Source: an uncultured Candidatus Bathyarchaeia archaeon
GTDB taxonomy: Archaea > Thermoproteota > CALKCG01 > B24
Length of the DNA: 64,000 nt
Assembly (NCBI GenBank): GCA_964568845.1
Contig: CAZMSC010000003.1
Location: 1,608 to 65,607, forward strand
Direction of reading: 5' to 3'
Below are positions 49,857 through 60,739 of this stretch, in pieces (position 1 is the first letter of the stretch; the number at the start of each line of letters is the position of its first letter). The position numbers and the translations under genes are program-made. The notes under the pieces were generated by a model. That model was not told the DNA's origin. It made no database searches and saw nothing but the letters and a program-made list of their open reading frames with translations.

Positions 49857-51605
49857 TCAGTACTGGACACGCTGACCACAGTATGGGCAGTATAACGCTC
49901 CTCTAGGTAGCCGTGCTCCACAGTATGGGCAGAAGAGCAATTCAGGCTTACTCGGCTTGGGTTTAACCCTCCGCTTATACGCTAGCCTGGCTATGAAGAA
50001 GATTACGAACCCATATGTAATTAAGCACAGTATCGGTGCATTCGCAGCAACCGTCACAGCGCTATTCGCGTATAGCATAGCTCTTGAGTAGTATCCCTTA
50101 CTGTAGGCTTCTAAAGCCATGGATATCAAGATTTGAGCTATAAGTTTGAAAGGCTGTAGGAGAATGCTTAAATCTTCTACGGTCTTCCTAGCCTTTTCCA
50201 TAATGATAGCGATCTCTTCAATCGCCGATACGCCTGTGAAGCCCCACCTTTTAAACATCTCAAGAACCTCTGTAGTATTATTGGCTGCTTGTCCAAGGGC
50301 TGTTATTATCGACGAGTCGTCGTTAACAGAACCCATATCTTTAACCACCTCGAAGAATCGTTTGTAGTATTCAAACCCTCCATATTTATCGCCAAGTGTC
50401 TTAAAGATTTTGTAAGATGCCGCGTAGTACGCGATCACGTTGGATGGCGTTGAACCCATTGACCAAGACTGTACAAACCCATACTTATCACCTATAGTAG
50501 CAAGGATCCTTTCAACCTCACTCCTATGCGTAGAAACAGCCTCCCCGTAGCCTAAGATCCAGCCGATCTCCATACTGAAGTACTCAGCCATACCCTCGTG
50601 GACCCAAAGCCTCGTAGGCCCTACTCCGGCATACCAGACCATGTGGTGGGTAAGCTCATGTAGAGCTATCAACTCTATGGAGCCGCTTATCGTCCTCATG
50701 TAGAATATGTTCAAATGTATATCTCCAGGTTGTCCTCCGGTGAAAGGGACGTATCCACCTAAGCCTGATAAAAGCTCACTTCTACTTGGAAGGAAGAATG
50801 TTACAGTTATATTGGTAACGTTTACACCGAAGACGTCTAGGAAGATCGGTAGGCTTCTGTTGTAAAGGTTTAGAATTCTTCTAGCGTATTCTGCATACCT
50901 TGCAGGTGCATGGAAGCTGAAGATCCCTAGATCATATTCTTCCTCTTTAAGAAGATTTTTCAACGTAAAATATATCATGATGCGGCTGTTTGATTCCGTA
51001 GAACAGCTTACTAGAACGCGGTTTTTTGGAAAACGCGTTATCAAGAGGTTCGACGGCTTTTTAATGGTGGAATCAACTATTATGCTTACGTCATCTGAAG
51101 CTACTGTTGAATTCGGTGGAAGTACTATTTCAGCCGTTCCCTTTAAATCGTTGGCGTACTCTATGTGGGATGAGTAGAATAGCCCGTTGGGTTCAAATAT
51201 GAAGGTGTAAAGTGGAACACTGTAGCTTATAGTTAGATTTATGAATTTAGATGCCGAAGTAAAGCTGAAGGTGAAGTTTTCCCAGAATGGATCTAGAGAC
51301 CCATACCGGGAAATGCTTTTAACCTCTACATTATTTAAAACGGCGTCTGATACAACGTAGCTCCAGTTCAAATATGATGGTACTGTTATCCATGAGGAGC
51401 CATGGGATAAACCGCTATAAATCAAATTGATTGATATGAACGTATTTCCATCCTCATCTATGTCGTAGACGTATAGTATTCGCCCATGAACTGCTGGAGC
51501 TGCTTGAACCCATCTGACATATAAGGGGGAAGTTGTAAAAACCGTTAAGATTAACGTAGACAGTATGAGTTTAGCGTTTAATTTGATTTTCACGTTAAAC
51601 CCCAA
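49857..51605 (-). CDS. membrane-anchored predicted gluzincin metalloprotease with C-terminal cytoplasmic double zinc ribbon
   Basis: Signal/TM at N-terminus. HELTHHMVW...HEGMAEYF (HExxH plus downstream E). TM helix near C-terminus followed by FCPYCGARLP...YCPYCGQRV. Confidence 0.4.
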   Translation of the reverse strand: MGFNVKIKLNAKLILSTLILTVFTTSPLYVRWVQAAPAVHGRILYVYDIDEDGNTFISINLIYSGLSHGSSWITVPSYLNWSYVVSDAVLNNVEVKSISRYGSLDPFWENFTFSFTSASKFINLTISYSVPLYTFIFEPNGLFYSSHIEYANDLKGTAEIVLPPNSTVASDDVSIIVDSTIKKPSNLLITRFPKNRVLVSCSTESNSRIMIYFTLKNLLKEEEYDLGIFSFHAPARYAEYARRILNLYNRSLPIFLDVFGVNVTNITVTFFLPSRSELLSGLGGYVPFTGGQPGDIHLNIFYMRTISGSIELIALHELTHHMVWYAGVGPTRLWVHEGMAEYFSMEIGWILGYGEAVSTHRSEVERILATIGDKYGFVQSWSMGSTPSNVIAYYAASYKIFKTLGDKYGGFEYYKRFFEVVKDMGSVNDDSSIITALGQAANNTTEVLEMFKRWGFTGVSAIEEIAIIMEKARKTVEDLSILLQPFKLIAQILISMALEAYSKGYYSRAMLYANSAVTVAANAPILCLITYGFVIFFIARLAYKRRVKPKPSKPELLFCPYCGARLPRGALYCPYCGQRVQY

Positions 51606-51777
51606 CCTATATTATATGCTTACTGCTTTAAAGTAGAAAACTTACATAGATAAACATATCTTTTCACGGTTTTAATGAAGGACAAATAAAATTCAAGTGA
51701 ACAAGATAACTTCTATATGGATACTATTAAAATGCATTTAAGGTCATGAATAGAGAGAACAGTCAATGTATCAAAAT

Positions 51778-52005
51778 CTAATATACCTTTCTCTGAACAT
51801 TCTCTTTGCTTTCAGCAATTTTACCTTCCCATTTGCAATAGCGCAGTTCTAAAAGTCCTAGATGGGTTTCACATAAGGCGATTTCACGCGCATGCTTGGG
51901 GAGGACTAGGCGAAACTTGCCACCATACCAGCATTCCAAGTAAATGCCCGTACGTCTAAGCCATTTACAGTCAAGGCAAGTTCTCCTACTACTCATATCC
52001 CCCAC
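51778..52005 (-). CDS. small Cys-rich hypothetical protein
   Basis: CLDCKW...C...C...C pattern in a 75-aa ORF. Weak. Confidence 0.2.
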   Translation of the reverse strand: MGDMSSRRTCLDCKWLRRTGIYLECWYGGKFRLVLPKHAREIALCETHLGLLELRYCKWEGKIAESKENVQRKVY

Positions 52006-52368
52006 CCTCAGCTGGTAATGTTAAATTCCACTCTATAATGAAGGTGACGCTTAACAGGGAATTTAAAATTTTACATCGACTTTTTTAAAGAAATTAACTT
52101 AAAAATGTATATCGAAGACCGTTTTGAAATCTTTAAAAACTCAAAGTCCATAAACTGTAAGAAAAAACTCTATAATAGTTCGTCTGAACCGTATTGGATT
52201 TCCAAGAAGGCTTTGAGGCTTACGGTAGTAGAGTTACCTTGCGAGTTGCATATCCATAGTGGACTACACATTTCCATAGCGGTTCTTCTCCTTAGCTTAA
52301 TAAACTGAATGTAAGAGACCGCGCTGGAAACCTTTATCTTATACTATTCTCGCTTTTATGGTCGGACC

Positions 52369-53343
52369 ATGATTATATTAACGCATGGAGACTGCGACGG
52401 CGTCTGCTCAGCAGCTATAGTTAAAATAGTATATCCACGTGCAGAAGTCTACTTTACAAACCCGTCTAGACTTTTATCAGATTTGAAGAAGTTTAACGCT
52501 TCAGATGAGCTTACCGTATGCGACATAGCCTTAAACGAAGGCGAGTGGTCTTTAGTAGAAGATGAGCTTAGAAGAATATCCCAGGGTTTTGAAGCAGTCT
52601 ACATAGACCACCATCCACTACCGGTAGATTTTCCGAGAGGACTTAGATCCGGTGTTAAAATCTACCATAGAGAAGACATGTGTGCTTCTCAAATAGCCTA
52701 CATAGTTTACAGTGGCAGAATGGAGGAACATATGCAAAAGTGGGCGGCGGTGTTAGCCACTTACGGAGCGATAGCAGATTACACTGAGGATACACCTCCT
52801 GCTTCAGAGCTTATAAACGCGATCGATAGGAGAGTGCTCTACCTTGAATCTGGAATATTGAGTGAAGCGTTGATAGTGAAGCACGACGAAAGTTTCAAAA
52901 AAGCTGTAATTGAAGATTTAATTAAAGGAGTTAAACCAAGCCAAATACCTAAACTAGTCGACTATGCAGTTGAAGCATTAAAGCTGGAGTATGAAGTATA
53001 CAGCTACGTTGAAGAGTATACCCGTAGAGTGGGAAACGTTGCGGTTGTGATGAACCTGCCACATAGGGGGTTCCTAGGCAAAGCAGCCATCTACTCGATA
53101 TATGTGTCAGGAGCCAGCGTCGGATGTGCTGTAGCTTTAAAAGATAGGGTTGCTGAATTGAGTTTAAGGACTAGAGATCCCATGATAAACTTGGGCGCTA
53201 TAGTGAGGAGAGTAGCAAAAACCTTCGGAGGAAGAGGGGGAGGCCATAGTAAAGCCTGTGGCGCCGAACTCCCAGAGGATGCCGTTGAAGACTTCATAAG
53301 TACTGTTAACTCTCTGGTTTCCAGAGGCTCTGGAAGCTCCTAA
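52369..53343 (+). CDS. DHH-family phosphoesterase (NrnA/RecJ-like)
   Basis: HGDCDG (motif I) and YIDHHPLP (DHH motif III). Confidence 0.6.
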   Translation: MIILTHGDCDGVCSAAIVKIVYPRAEVYFTNPSRLLSDLKKFNASDELTVCDIALNEGEWSLVEDELRRISQGFEAVYIDHHPLPVDFPRGLRSGVKIYHREDMCASQIAYIVYSGRMEEHMQKWAAVLATYGAIADYTEDTPPASELINAIDRRVLYLESGILSEALIVKHDESFKKAVIEDLIKGVKPSQIPKLVDYAVEALKLEYEVYSYVEEYTRRVGNVAVVMNLPHRGFLGKAAIYSIYVSGASVGCAVALKDRVAELSLRTRDPMINLGAIVRRVAKTFGGRGGGHSKACGAELPEDAVEDFISTVNSLVSRGSGSS

Positions 53344-55321
53344 CGGCTTTAGCCAAATTCTCAACCTTTCTAAAGATTCGCATATTTCTACGCCAATCTT
53401 CAGGAAGCTTTTCAGCTATACGTCCAATAGTTCTACTATCCATGATCACTATTATCCCCCTATCCTCCGGTCTTCTTATTAAGCGTCCTGCGGCTTGAGC
53501 TAAGGCGTTTACACATGGATTTAAATTTGCATATTCATAACCCTTCTTACCAAACTTCTCGGTAAAGTATTTGGTTAATGCGTCTTGAAGCTCAGTCTTC
53601 TTAGGATAGGGTAAACCAACTATTACGACCGCCGACAGTAGGGAACCCACTTCATCTGAAAAGTCTACGCCTTCACTAACCTTTCCCCTTGCAACAGCCA
53701 TGATAGTCGAATTGCTATTAGCCGTTAGGAATCTGTAGACGTCTTCAAAAGCCGTATCTTCATCTTCATATATGACTGGAGTTTCAAAGTCTCCATAGTA
53801 CTGTTTAATCGCATTCATCACATCATAAGAGGGGAAGAAGAAGGCCATAGCACCTTCAACAGACTTCCTTAAAACTTTAATATGTTCAGCTATCTTAACC
53901 CACTCTTCTTCACACCTCTTAGCAAATTTAGTTGTCACAGCTATATCTATGAAAATTGCCCTATTCTCCTCTGGAAACGGATATGGAAGTTCAAGCCTAT
54001 CAACACGGTTCTTGTCTAAGCCTAAGACTTCAACGTAGTAGTCCATATCCCAGAGCGTTCCAGACATAAGCGTGGCTGCGTAAACGTCGTTCAGCACGGA
54101 TGCCGCAGGAGATGGATCTAGAAGCCTTAAACCAATCCTATAGTTTAGAGAGCCGTCTCTGAAAGTAAAACCTTCAACATACTTTACGAAGTTAGAAAAC
54201 TCAGATTCAATAAAATGCTCTAAGAATGCGCCGACTCTAGACGTGTAGGAGATGGGCGGTAAACCTTCAGAAATCTTCATAGACCTTATGGCTTCACCCT
54301 CATCTTGGAAAAATCTAGCAAACTCTGAAAGCTCACTGTAGCGGCTGGCGTTTAAGGCATCGCTTAGTACACCCTTAAGATAAGAGCCCTCCAGAAGCTT
54401 GACTTCATCTGGTTGGACCTGGAGGCTCTCACCAAGCCTTTTAACAGCGGTTAAGAAACTTCTTAAGTATTCAGCGGCATTTGAACCGTAACGTTCACAC
54501 TCTCTAAGAGCCCTCTCTAGGGAGATCGTTGAAATAGTTTCTGTAGTCAACTCCGTCAGGTAGTTTGGTAGCGAGTGAGCTTCATCGACGACGCATATAA
54601 CGTCTTCAAGGTGTATAGAGGCTTTAGCGAAGACGTTCTCCCTAACAGCGTCCATGAAAAGATAGTTGTAACTTCCAACAACAACATCCGACTTCTTCAA
54701 AAGGAGCTTAGAAACCTCGTATGGACATAACCCTAAGTCCACACATAGCTTGAAAACTTCATGTGGAGTTGAAGCCCCAAACTCCTCAAGTTTATCTAGG
54801 GCTTTTAAAGCACTCCACGATGGATGTCTACCGGAGAAAGTAGACTCGTAAAATTTACATTTCTCATTTAGGGAGTGGCTTCTGAGGCTTTTACAGTATT
54901 TTAGGAAGTCTCCGTAGGGTATACTTTTAATGTCTTCAGAAGAAGCCTTGGGACACATGTGTTTTCGGCTCGTCAGTGGAACTACCGTGACCTTCTCCGA
55001 TGAGAATTGAGATATTCTCCTAGCCTCTCTACAGTAAATCTCAAGCTGATTTCTAGTCCTCGTTAGAACAAGAAGCCTCTTAGATAATCCGAGGCTTCTA
55101 ATAGCCATATAAGCTGTTAAAACAGATACGCTTTTACCCGTCCCACACGGGCTTGAAAGAAGCGCAATTCTACCGTTTTTAAAAGCTTCAAATAAGAAAC
55201 GTATGGCTTTAAGCTGTCCGATCCTGTAAGACTTATAGGGGAAAAACTTAGCGAAAGGCTCTTTATGCTCCACAAGACTATAACTATGAACTCTGAAGTT
55301 TAAGCTTTTTAGAATCTTCAA
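53306..55321 (-). CDS. xpd: XPD/Rad3-like 5'-3' DNA helicase with Fe-S domain
   Basis: Walker A SPCGTGKS. DEAH box VVDEAHSLPNY. Four-Cys Fe-S insertion (CPKAS...C...C...C). Confidence 0.75.
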   Translation of the reverse strand: MKILKSLNFRVHSYSLVEHKEPFAKFFPYKSYRIGQLKAIRFLFEAFKNGRIALLSSPCGTGKSVSVLTAYMAIRSLGLSKRLLVLTRTRNQLEIYCREARRISQFSSEKVTVVPLTSRKHMCPKASSEDIKSIPYGDFLKYCKSLRSHSLNEKCKFYESTFSGRHPSWSALKALDKLEEFGASTPHEVFKLCVDLGLCPYEVSKLLLKKSDVVVGSYNYLFMDAVRENVFAKASIHLEDVICVVDEAHSLPNYLTELTTETISTISLERALRECERYGSNAAEYLRSFLTAVKRLGESLQVQPDEVKLLEGSYLKGVLSDALNASRYSELSEFARFFQDEGEAIRSMKISEGLPPISYTSRVGAFLEHFIESEFSNFVKYVEGFTFRDGSLNYRIGLRLLDPSPAASVLNDVYAATLMSGTLWDMDYYVEVLGLDKNRVDRLELPYPFPEENRAIFIDIAVTTKFAKRCEEEWVKIAEHIKVLRKSVEGAMAFFFPSYDVMNAIKQYYGDFETPVIYEDEDTAFEDVYRFLTANSNSTIMAVARGKVSEGVDFSDEVGSLLSAVVIVGLPYPKKTELQDALTKYFTEKFGKKGYEYANLNPCVNALAQAAGRLIRRPEDRGIIVIMDSRTIGRIAEKLPEDWRRNMRIFRKVENLAKAVRSFQSLWKPES

Positions 55322-55342
55322 AGTATAAATTTTCGGGAGCGG

Positions 55343-55828
55343 ATGAATTTGAAAATACTCTGGGCTCCTTGGAGAGCCAGCTACGTAGAGAAGCCTGGAG
55401 AAAACTGTATATTTTGTAAGAAAGTTCGTGAAAACAAAGACGAGGAAAACCTAATAATTTTAAGGGGGCAGAGGAGCTTTATAATGCTTAACCGTTACCC
55501 ATACAACACTGGTCATCTCATGATAGCCCCCTATAGGCACGTTGCTGATATCGAAGATCTCACTGAAGACGAGGCTGTGGAAATTTTCAAACTTTTAAGG
55601 GAGTCCATCAAGGCGGTTAAAAAGGCGTTTAAACCGGACGGTTTTAACATAGGTGTAAACCTTGGCAGAGCCGCTGGAGCGGGTGTAGAAGGTCATATAC
55701 ACATCCATGCAGTCCCAAGGTGGCTTGGCGATACGAACTTCATGCCTGTAACAGCAAATACGAAAGTCATGCCTATATCCCTAGAAGAGGCTTATGAAAG
55801 GATTAAAAGAATCATACAATCTTGTTGA
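55343..55828 (+). CDS. HIT-family (histidine triad) hydrolase
   Basis: HIHIHAVPR histidine triad. Confidence 0.8.
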   Translation: MNLKILWAPWRASYVEKPGENCIFCKKVRENKDEENLIILRGQRSFIMLNRYPYNTGHLMIAPYRHVADIEDLTEDEAVEIFKLLRESIKAVKKAFKPDGFNIGVNLGRAAGAGVEGHIHIHAVPRWLGDTNFMPVTANTKVMPISLEEAYERIKRIIQSC

Positions 55829-55854
55829 AAGTAAGGGGTGGACATTAAGACATT

Positions 55855-56541
55855 TTAACCGTATATTAACGTTCCGATTTTAACTCCTTTAACGGCTAAT
55901 TCAATATTATCGGGTTTAAAGCCGTTTAATACTATGGTCTTGATCTTATGTTTAGCTATCAGTTTAGCCGCTTTTGGATCTATTATGGTTTTCAAACCAG
56001 CCTTGTAGCGTATACGCCCAAACATGTTTTTAAGCTCCTCAAAACTTAAATTGTCAATTTTGGACGCATCAAAATGTTTTGAAGGGTCTTTATTGTAAAT
56101 ACCATCTCTATCCGTGGCTTTAATAAGCATATCAAAGCCCAATTTAACAGCCGCGAGGACGGCTACAGTATCCGTAGTCATGCCGGGTTTAATACCACCC
56201 ATAACCACGACGTTATACTTCTTAAGCAGTTTAGAAGCCTCAGATATCCTTCCGGGAATCATCACCGGGGCTGTTGGCTTAAGCGCTTCAGCTAATAGTT
56301 GAGCGACAACCCGTGAAGCTTGTATAGCCACTCTATCCTGGCTCTCCTGAGACATTTTCATGGCTTTTGCACCATCTATGAACATTCTAGCCAGTCCACC
56401 TCCTCCAGTTACGGCAAGCACTTTAAAACCTTCCAGAGAGAGCCTATCTAAAATTTTAGAGTACTCTAGTATAAGCCACGGATTTAACGGAGAAGCTATG
56501 ACAGAGCCACCTATTCTAAGCACTATATTCAAAGCAGACAC
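55855..56541 (-). CDS. pyrH: uridylate (UMP) kinase
   Basis: Amino-acid-kinase fold. Archaeal PyrH-like VLRIGGS, VTGGGG and VVMGG motifs. Confidence 0.8.
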   Translation of the reverse strand: MSALNIVLRIGGSVIASPLNPWLILEYSKILDRLSLEGFKVLAVTGGGGLARMFIDGAKAMKMSQESQDRVAIQASRVVAQLLAEALKPTAPVMIPGRISEASKLLKKYNVVVMGGIKPGMTTDTVAVLAAVKLGFDMLIKATDRDGIYNKDPSKHFDASKIDNLSFEELKNMFGRIRYKAGLKTIIDPKAAKLIAKHKIKTIVLNGFKPDNIELAVKGVKIGTLIYG

Positions 56542-56606
56542 CGCCTAAATTTATTTAAACTTTCTCAAGCATAATTTAAAATGTTAACTGTCAAGGGGAG
56601 AGGTTT

Positions 56607-58871
56607 TTGAGTAGGGTTAAGAGAGGTTTTTCAAATCAAGTTTTTCAAGTTCTTTCCTCACCAATTAGGTTTGAAGTTTTAAGACTACTCAGACTTAACC
56701 GTACCCTAACGTATAGTGAAATTATGGATAAACTCGGTTTAGAGCCGGCCAAACACGCTGGCAAGTTTGCATATCATCTTAGAAGCCTTATAAAAGCTAG
56801 ACTTATTGAAAAAGCAGACGATGGAAAAACCTATCGGCTTACAGACCTTGGAGTTAGAGTTTTAGAATTTGCTCAAGAGCTCAACGAGTACCTTCTGAAG
56901 AAGGCTGGTAAGCTTCTCGTTAGAAGCTCCAGAATGGCCATAGAGGAGTTCGATAGATTTAGAATAGTTAGTAGCCTAGTTAAAGAAGCACAGGTTCCTT
57001 TAGACTTGGCAGAATCCATATCGCTTGAAGTTGAGAGGAGGCTTGTAAATCTGCAAGTTAAATACTTAACAGCACCACTTATACGTGAGATCGTTAATGC
57101 CGTCCTCATAGAGAAGGGACTTGAAGAGTATAGACATAGACTTACGAGACTCGGCCTTCCAGTTTACGACGTTGTCAAAACTTTTGAAAAAGCCAGTGCG
57201 ATGAAGATGCATGTTGAAGACGTTAGAGAAATAGCTGGTGAAGCAGTTTTAAGAGAATACACCCTTTTAAACGTCCTACCGAGAGACGTCGCTGACGCGT
57301 ATTTAAGCGGAGACATACATTTAGAACTTTTAGGATCCTGGATTCTCAGACCGGATATAGTCCAGCACGATATACGGCTGATCCTAACAGGTAAGTTTCC
57401 AAACCTGCCGAGTAAATATCCGACGACGTTAACATCCGCCTTAAATAGGCTCAGGATCGCTGCTTATAACAGTAGTTTCGAAGTGAACGTAGATCAAGGA
57501 TTTGACATGTTTAACATCTTCCTAGCACCTTTAGCTAGAGGGAAGAGACCCGTAGAGATCAAACGTGCAGTTCAAATATTTATAGAGTCTCTACGGGTCT
57601 CTTCAACCCTAAACGTGAACTTTGGATTGGAAATCGGTTTAAATCGGGCTATTGAAAATCTTAAAACCTCGTCAGGTGGAGAAGTTTATGGAGACTATCA
57701 AGATGAGGCTTTAATGTTTGCACAGGCTTTCATAGATGTTTTGAAAAAAGAGTTTTCAAGAGCCCCGTTATACAACATCAATCTAATAGTTAAGGTTAGG
57801 GAGGGGTCTCTAAAAGGCGAATGGGTTGAACTGGTGAAGGATATACACGACGTTATGAGACTTGGTGTGCCTACAATAATAGCCAATTTAACCGATGTAA
57901 ACGATAATATCAGCTTTTCAAGCTACGGATTTAGGTTTGAAGCCTTCTCAGATTGGGAAGTAGAGACCTTAGCGGTGCCTATGATTGCAGACGTCTCCAT
58001 AAACATGCCTAGACTTGCTCAAATATCTAAGGGAAGTGATGAACGCCTCTGGGAAAATTTGCAGAAAACAGTTGATAGAGCTATTGAGGCCATACGTATC
58101 AGGAAGGAGGCTTTAGAGAATCGTATTAAAGAGGGGCTACTACCGACAATTTCACAGCCAGATGATCCATATATAAGGTTTAAAGCTATTTTCTCAACCC
58201 TCGGATTAATTGGACTCAACGAGGCCACTATTATACACACGGGTGCAGATCTTTCAAATGCATCATCGCAGGCTATTATGATTAAAACGTTAAGGCGTAT
58301 ACGTTCGTGGTTAGATGCGAGTAGGGATAAAGTAGGATTGACAAGCATATGTGGGGAAGAAGCTGCGTCAAGACTTATAAATTTAGACCTCAACAACTAC
58401 GGTAAATCCATCTTAAACAGCCAAGGCTTCAGAAGGGAGCCATACTACACTGATGTATGCATAGTACCCCTTGAATATGATGTACCGCTTTCCAAGAGGC
58501 TTGAAATAGAGGAGAAAGTGGGGTCTATTATGAACTACGGAACACTTCCAGTCATAGAGGTAAACTCAGACGAAACCGACTGCGAAATGCTCTTCAAGAC
58601 GACGCTATACATACTGTCTAAACATAAGCAACTTAGATGCTTCACGTATTCAACGTTTATAACATATTGTAGACGTTGCTCTGAAGTGTTTGAAGGCTAC
58701 TGGGACAGATGCCCGAAATGCCACAACGTGACCACAGTAGTTCAATATGGTAGAACTCCTTCTCTGGTTAAACCGATGTACAGATGGACCCTTGAAAAAA
58801 GGGCAAATATACCTTTGAGGAGAATTTACAGCGTTAAAGACTTTGAACCTCTAACCTCAACCTTAAGCTAG
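56607..58871 (+). CDS. large (754 aa) protein with N-terminal ArsR-like winged helix and C-terminal CxxC-x12-CxxC zinc ribbon; function unknown
   Basis: N-terminus VLSSPIRFEVLRLLR...TYSEIMDKLGL...HLRSLIKARLI wHTH. C-terminus CRRC...CPKC. Central ~550 aa unassigned. An SICGEE segment and the C-terminal ribbon faintly recall class III ribonucleotide reductase, but no glycyl-radical motif was seen. Confidence 0.4.
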   Translation: MSRVKRGFSNQVFQVLSSPIRFEVLRLLRLNRTLTYSEIMDKLGLEPAKHAGKFAYHLRSLIKARLIEKADDGKTYRLTDLGVRVLEFAQELNEYLLKKAGKLLVRSSRMAIEEFDRFRIVSSLVKEAQVPLDLAESISLEVERRLVNLQVKYLTAPLIREIVNAVLIEKGLEEYRHRLTRLGLPVYDVVKTFEKASAMKMHVEDVREIAGEAVLREYTLLNVLPRDVADAYLSGDIHLELLGSWILRPDIVQHDIRLILTGKFPNLPSKYPTTLTSALNRLRIAAYNSSFEVNVDQGFDMFNIFLAPLARGKRPVEIKRAVQIFIESLRVSSTLNVNFGLEIGLNRAIENLKTSSGGEVYGDYQDEALMFAQAFIDVLKKEFSRAPLYNINLIVKVREGSLKGEWVELVKDIHDVMRLGVPTIIANLTDVNDNISFSSYGFRFEAFSDWEVETLAVPMIADVSINMPRLAQISKGSDERLWENLQKTVDRAIEAIRIRKEALENRIKEGLLPTISQPDDPYIRFKAIFSTLGLIGLNEATIIHTGADLSNASSQAIMIKTLRRIRSWLDASRDKVGLTSICGEEAASRLINLDLNNYGKSILNSQGFRREPYYTDVCIVPLEYDVPLSKRLEIEEKVGSIMNYGTLPVIEVNSDETDCEMLFKTTLYILSKHKQLRCFTYSTFITYCRRCSEVFEGYWDRCPKCHNVTTVVQYGRTPSLVKPMYRWTLEKRANIPLRRIYSVKDFEPLTSTLS

Positions 58872-59307
58872 CGTGAGCTAACCAAGCCTATTATTTCTTG
58901 AATGTTTTTCTAATAGGGTAGGTCTGTGTTGCTGATGCTAACTGTAAGAAAATACTCTTTCCTTGGGTTTCTTGAGATAAAAATACTTCCCTCACCATCG
59001 AAGGATCTTGCAATATAAGCTGTTTCATATTCTTCCATAGGAGGAACACAAACCTAATTGGGTTGGGAACAATATATAAGCTTTTCAGCCTTGTATTCTA
59101 ATTGAGGAAGTCCCCCCAGAAGGTGCCAAGAATTCTTCCAGCTAAGTTGTGGCTTCTAATCAGAGTGCCCCTTCAACTTATCTAATATCTTCTTGGTTTC
59201 CTAGTTGATTTTTATTGACTTACACACAGGTGTATACCGAGGTATATGAAGTTTTTACATTCGCTCCCATTCCACCGCTAAAGCATGTGGGATTTCCGCT
59301 CATAATG

Positions 59308-59787
59308 TCAAAACTGCTCTATTACATCTTCTCTAGTCATAATTATCCTACAGTAGTGGCATCTAAGCCTTAAAGGCTCTACACTTTCAACAATAAACGT
59401 AGGCTGAACAGGCTCTCCACTATTTGTGATGCAGGTTGAATTTGCACATTTAATCACCCCTTTTATTATCTTTGGAAGCTTAACTTTATTCTTTTCGACG
59501 ACTTCATAATTCCTTATGATATTTATGGTGGCATTTGGAGCTATTAGAGCTATCTTATGAACTTCATCCTCTCTAAGTTCACGGTTCTCAACTTTTACGA
59601 TGTCTTTCCTACCGAGCTTCTGACTTGGAACATTTAAAAGAATGCTTATTATATTACCTTCTTTACCGGTTAACCCTATGATCCTGAGAACGGCTAAAGC
59701 ATATCCAGCAGTTATGTGGTCTATGACGGTTCCATCTTTAATTTTACTAACTCTCAATTCCCTCTCAACCATAAGACCACCCTTCAT
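59308..59787 (-). CDS. pyrI: aspartate carbamoyltransferase regulatory subunit
   Basis: ~159 aa. [16 protein letters not shown]-terminal domain. C-terminal zinc domain C.NSTCITN....P.F........CHYC. Confidence 0.8.
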   Translation of the reverse strand: MKGGLMVERELRVSKIKDGTVIDHITAGYALAVLRIIGLTGKEGNIISILLNVPSQKLGRKDIVKVENRELREDEVHKIALIAPNATINIIRNYEVVEKNKVKLPKIIKGVIKCANSTCITNSGEPVQPTFIVESVEPLRLRCHYCRIIMTREDVIEQF

Positions 59788-60130
59788 AACATATCAGAGC
59801 CGCAATAATAAAATAAATTCACTTTAAAAAGCTTACAATCCTTCGTCATTTCATCAAACTTCTCAACTGGCTAGATAAAACTCCGACCATCCTCAAAGCC
59901 TACGGTATGTATGTAGGTTTTAGGCGTTAAATCACGGTAGTATTTTTAAAGCTTTAATAAGCTCTTACTATTTTTTAAAATCTCTTTTAGCATCTCCATT
60001 CCTCTCTACACTTCAAGAAACCTCGCTTTAGCCTAGCAGTAAACAGATAAAACGTTGAGTTAACAAATCATCTGTTAAAAAGGCAATAAATATTAATATA
60101 CGTGTATATTGTATACAAAATGGGTTTAAT

Positions 60131-60559
60131 ATGAGTGTAAAACAGCAGAGATTTAAGATCTCACCGACAGGTAGAGGGGCGATATTTAAACTAAAGAGGT
60201 GGTTCTACTTATCATTCTATGCGAAGAATGTGCCAGACGACATTAAAAAGAACAACCGAGACAAATGGCTTGAGCTTTCGAGGAGACTTGTCGAGGAAAT
60301 GAATAGGCGAGGCGCTTCAGAAAAACCGACGAGGATAACTTTAGAGTACGAAGCTAGTCCAAACAATGAATTTAAACCAATATGTGTGACGGTTGAAGTG
60401 ATGGAGATGAGGCCTTTAGAAAGCTTTAAAATTTCTTTCAGAGGGAGGGAGGCTGAAGTGGAAGAAAAGGAGAAGCTGAAGGCTCAGCTTACAGAAATGC
60501 TTAAAAAGGCTAGGGCCCTTGGCATAAGGCCAGAAGACCTTACAGGTGAAAACCAGTAA
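60131..60559 (+). CDS. hypothetical protein
   Basis: 142-aa ORF in an AT-rich region. No motif recognised. Confidence 0.3.
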   Translation: MSVKQQRFKISPTGRGAIFKLKRWFYLSFYAKNVPDDIKKNNRDKWLELSRRLVEEMNRRGASEKPTRITLEYEASPNNEFKPICVTVEVMEMRPLESFKISFRGREAEVEEKEKLKAQLTEMLKKARALGIRPEDLTGENQ

Positions 60560-60739
60560 ATTTTTGAATTGTTGATGAGTTATATCAGCTCTTACGGCTC
60601 TAAGCTGATGATGGATAGGCCACGTTTATTCGTTGTATGATCTTATTACCAAGCGATTATGTTTAGAGCTAATCATAATCTTAGGTTAGATGCATGGACG
60701 CATAATAACTTAAAAGATGAGACCTAGATTGTAAGATCG

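Noticed and set aside
56607-58871. Calling the 754-aa protein an anaerobic ribonucleotide reductase (NrdD)
   Set aside because: Only a C-terminal zinc ribbon and a CGE-like segment fit. The expected glycyl-radical motif (RVxGY-like) after the ribbon is missing, and the N-terminus is a wHTH rather than an ATP cone. The neighbouring radical SAM is 506 aa and looks Tes-like rather than NrdG-like.
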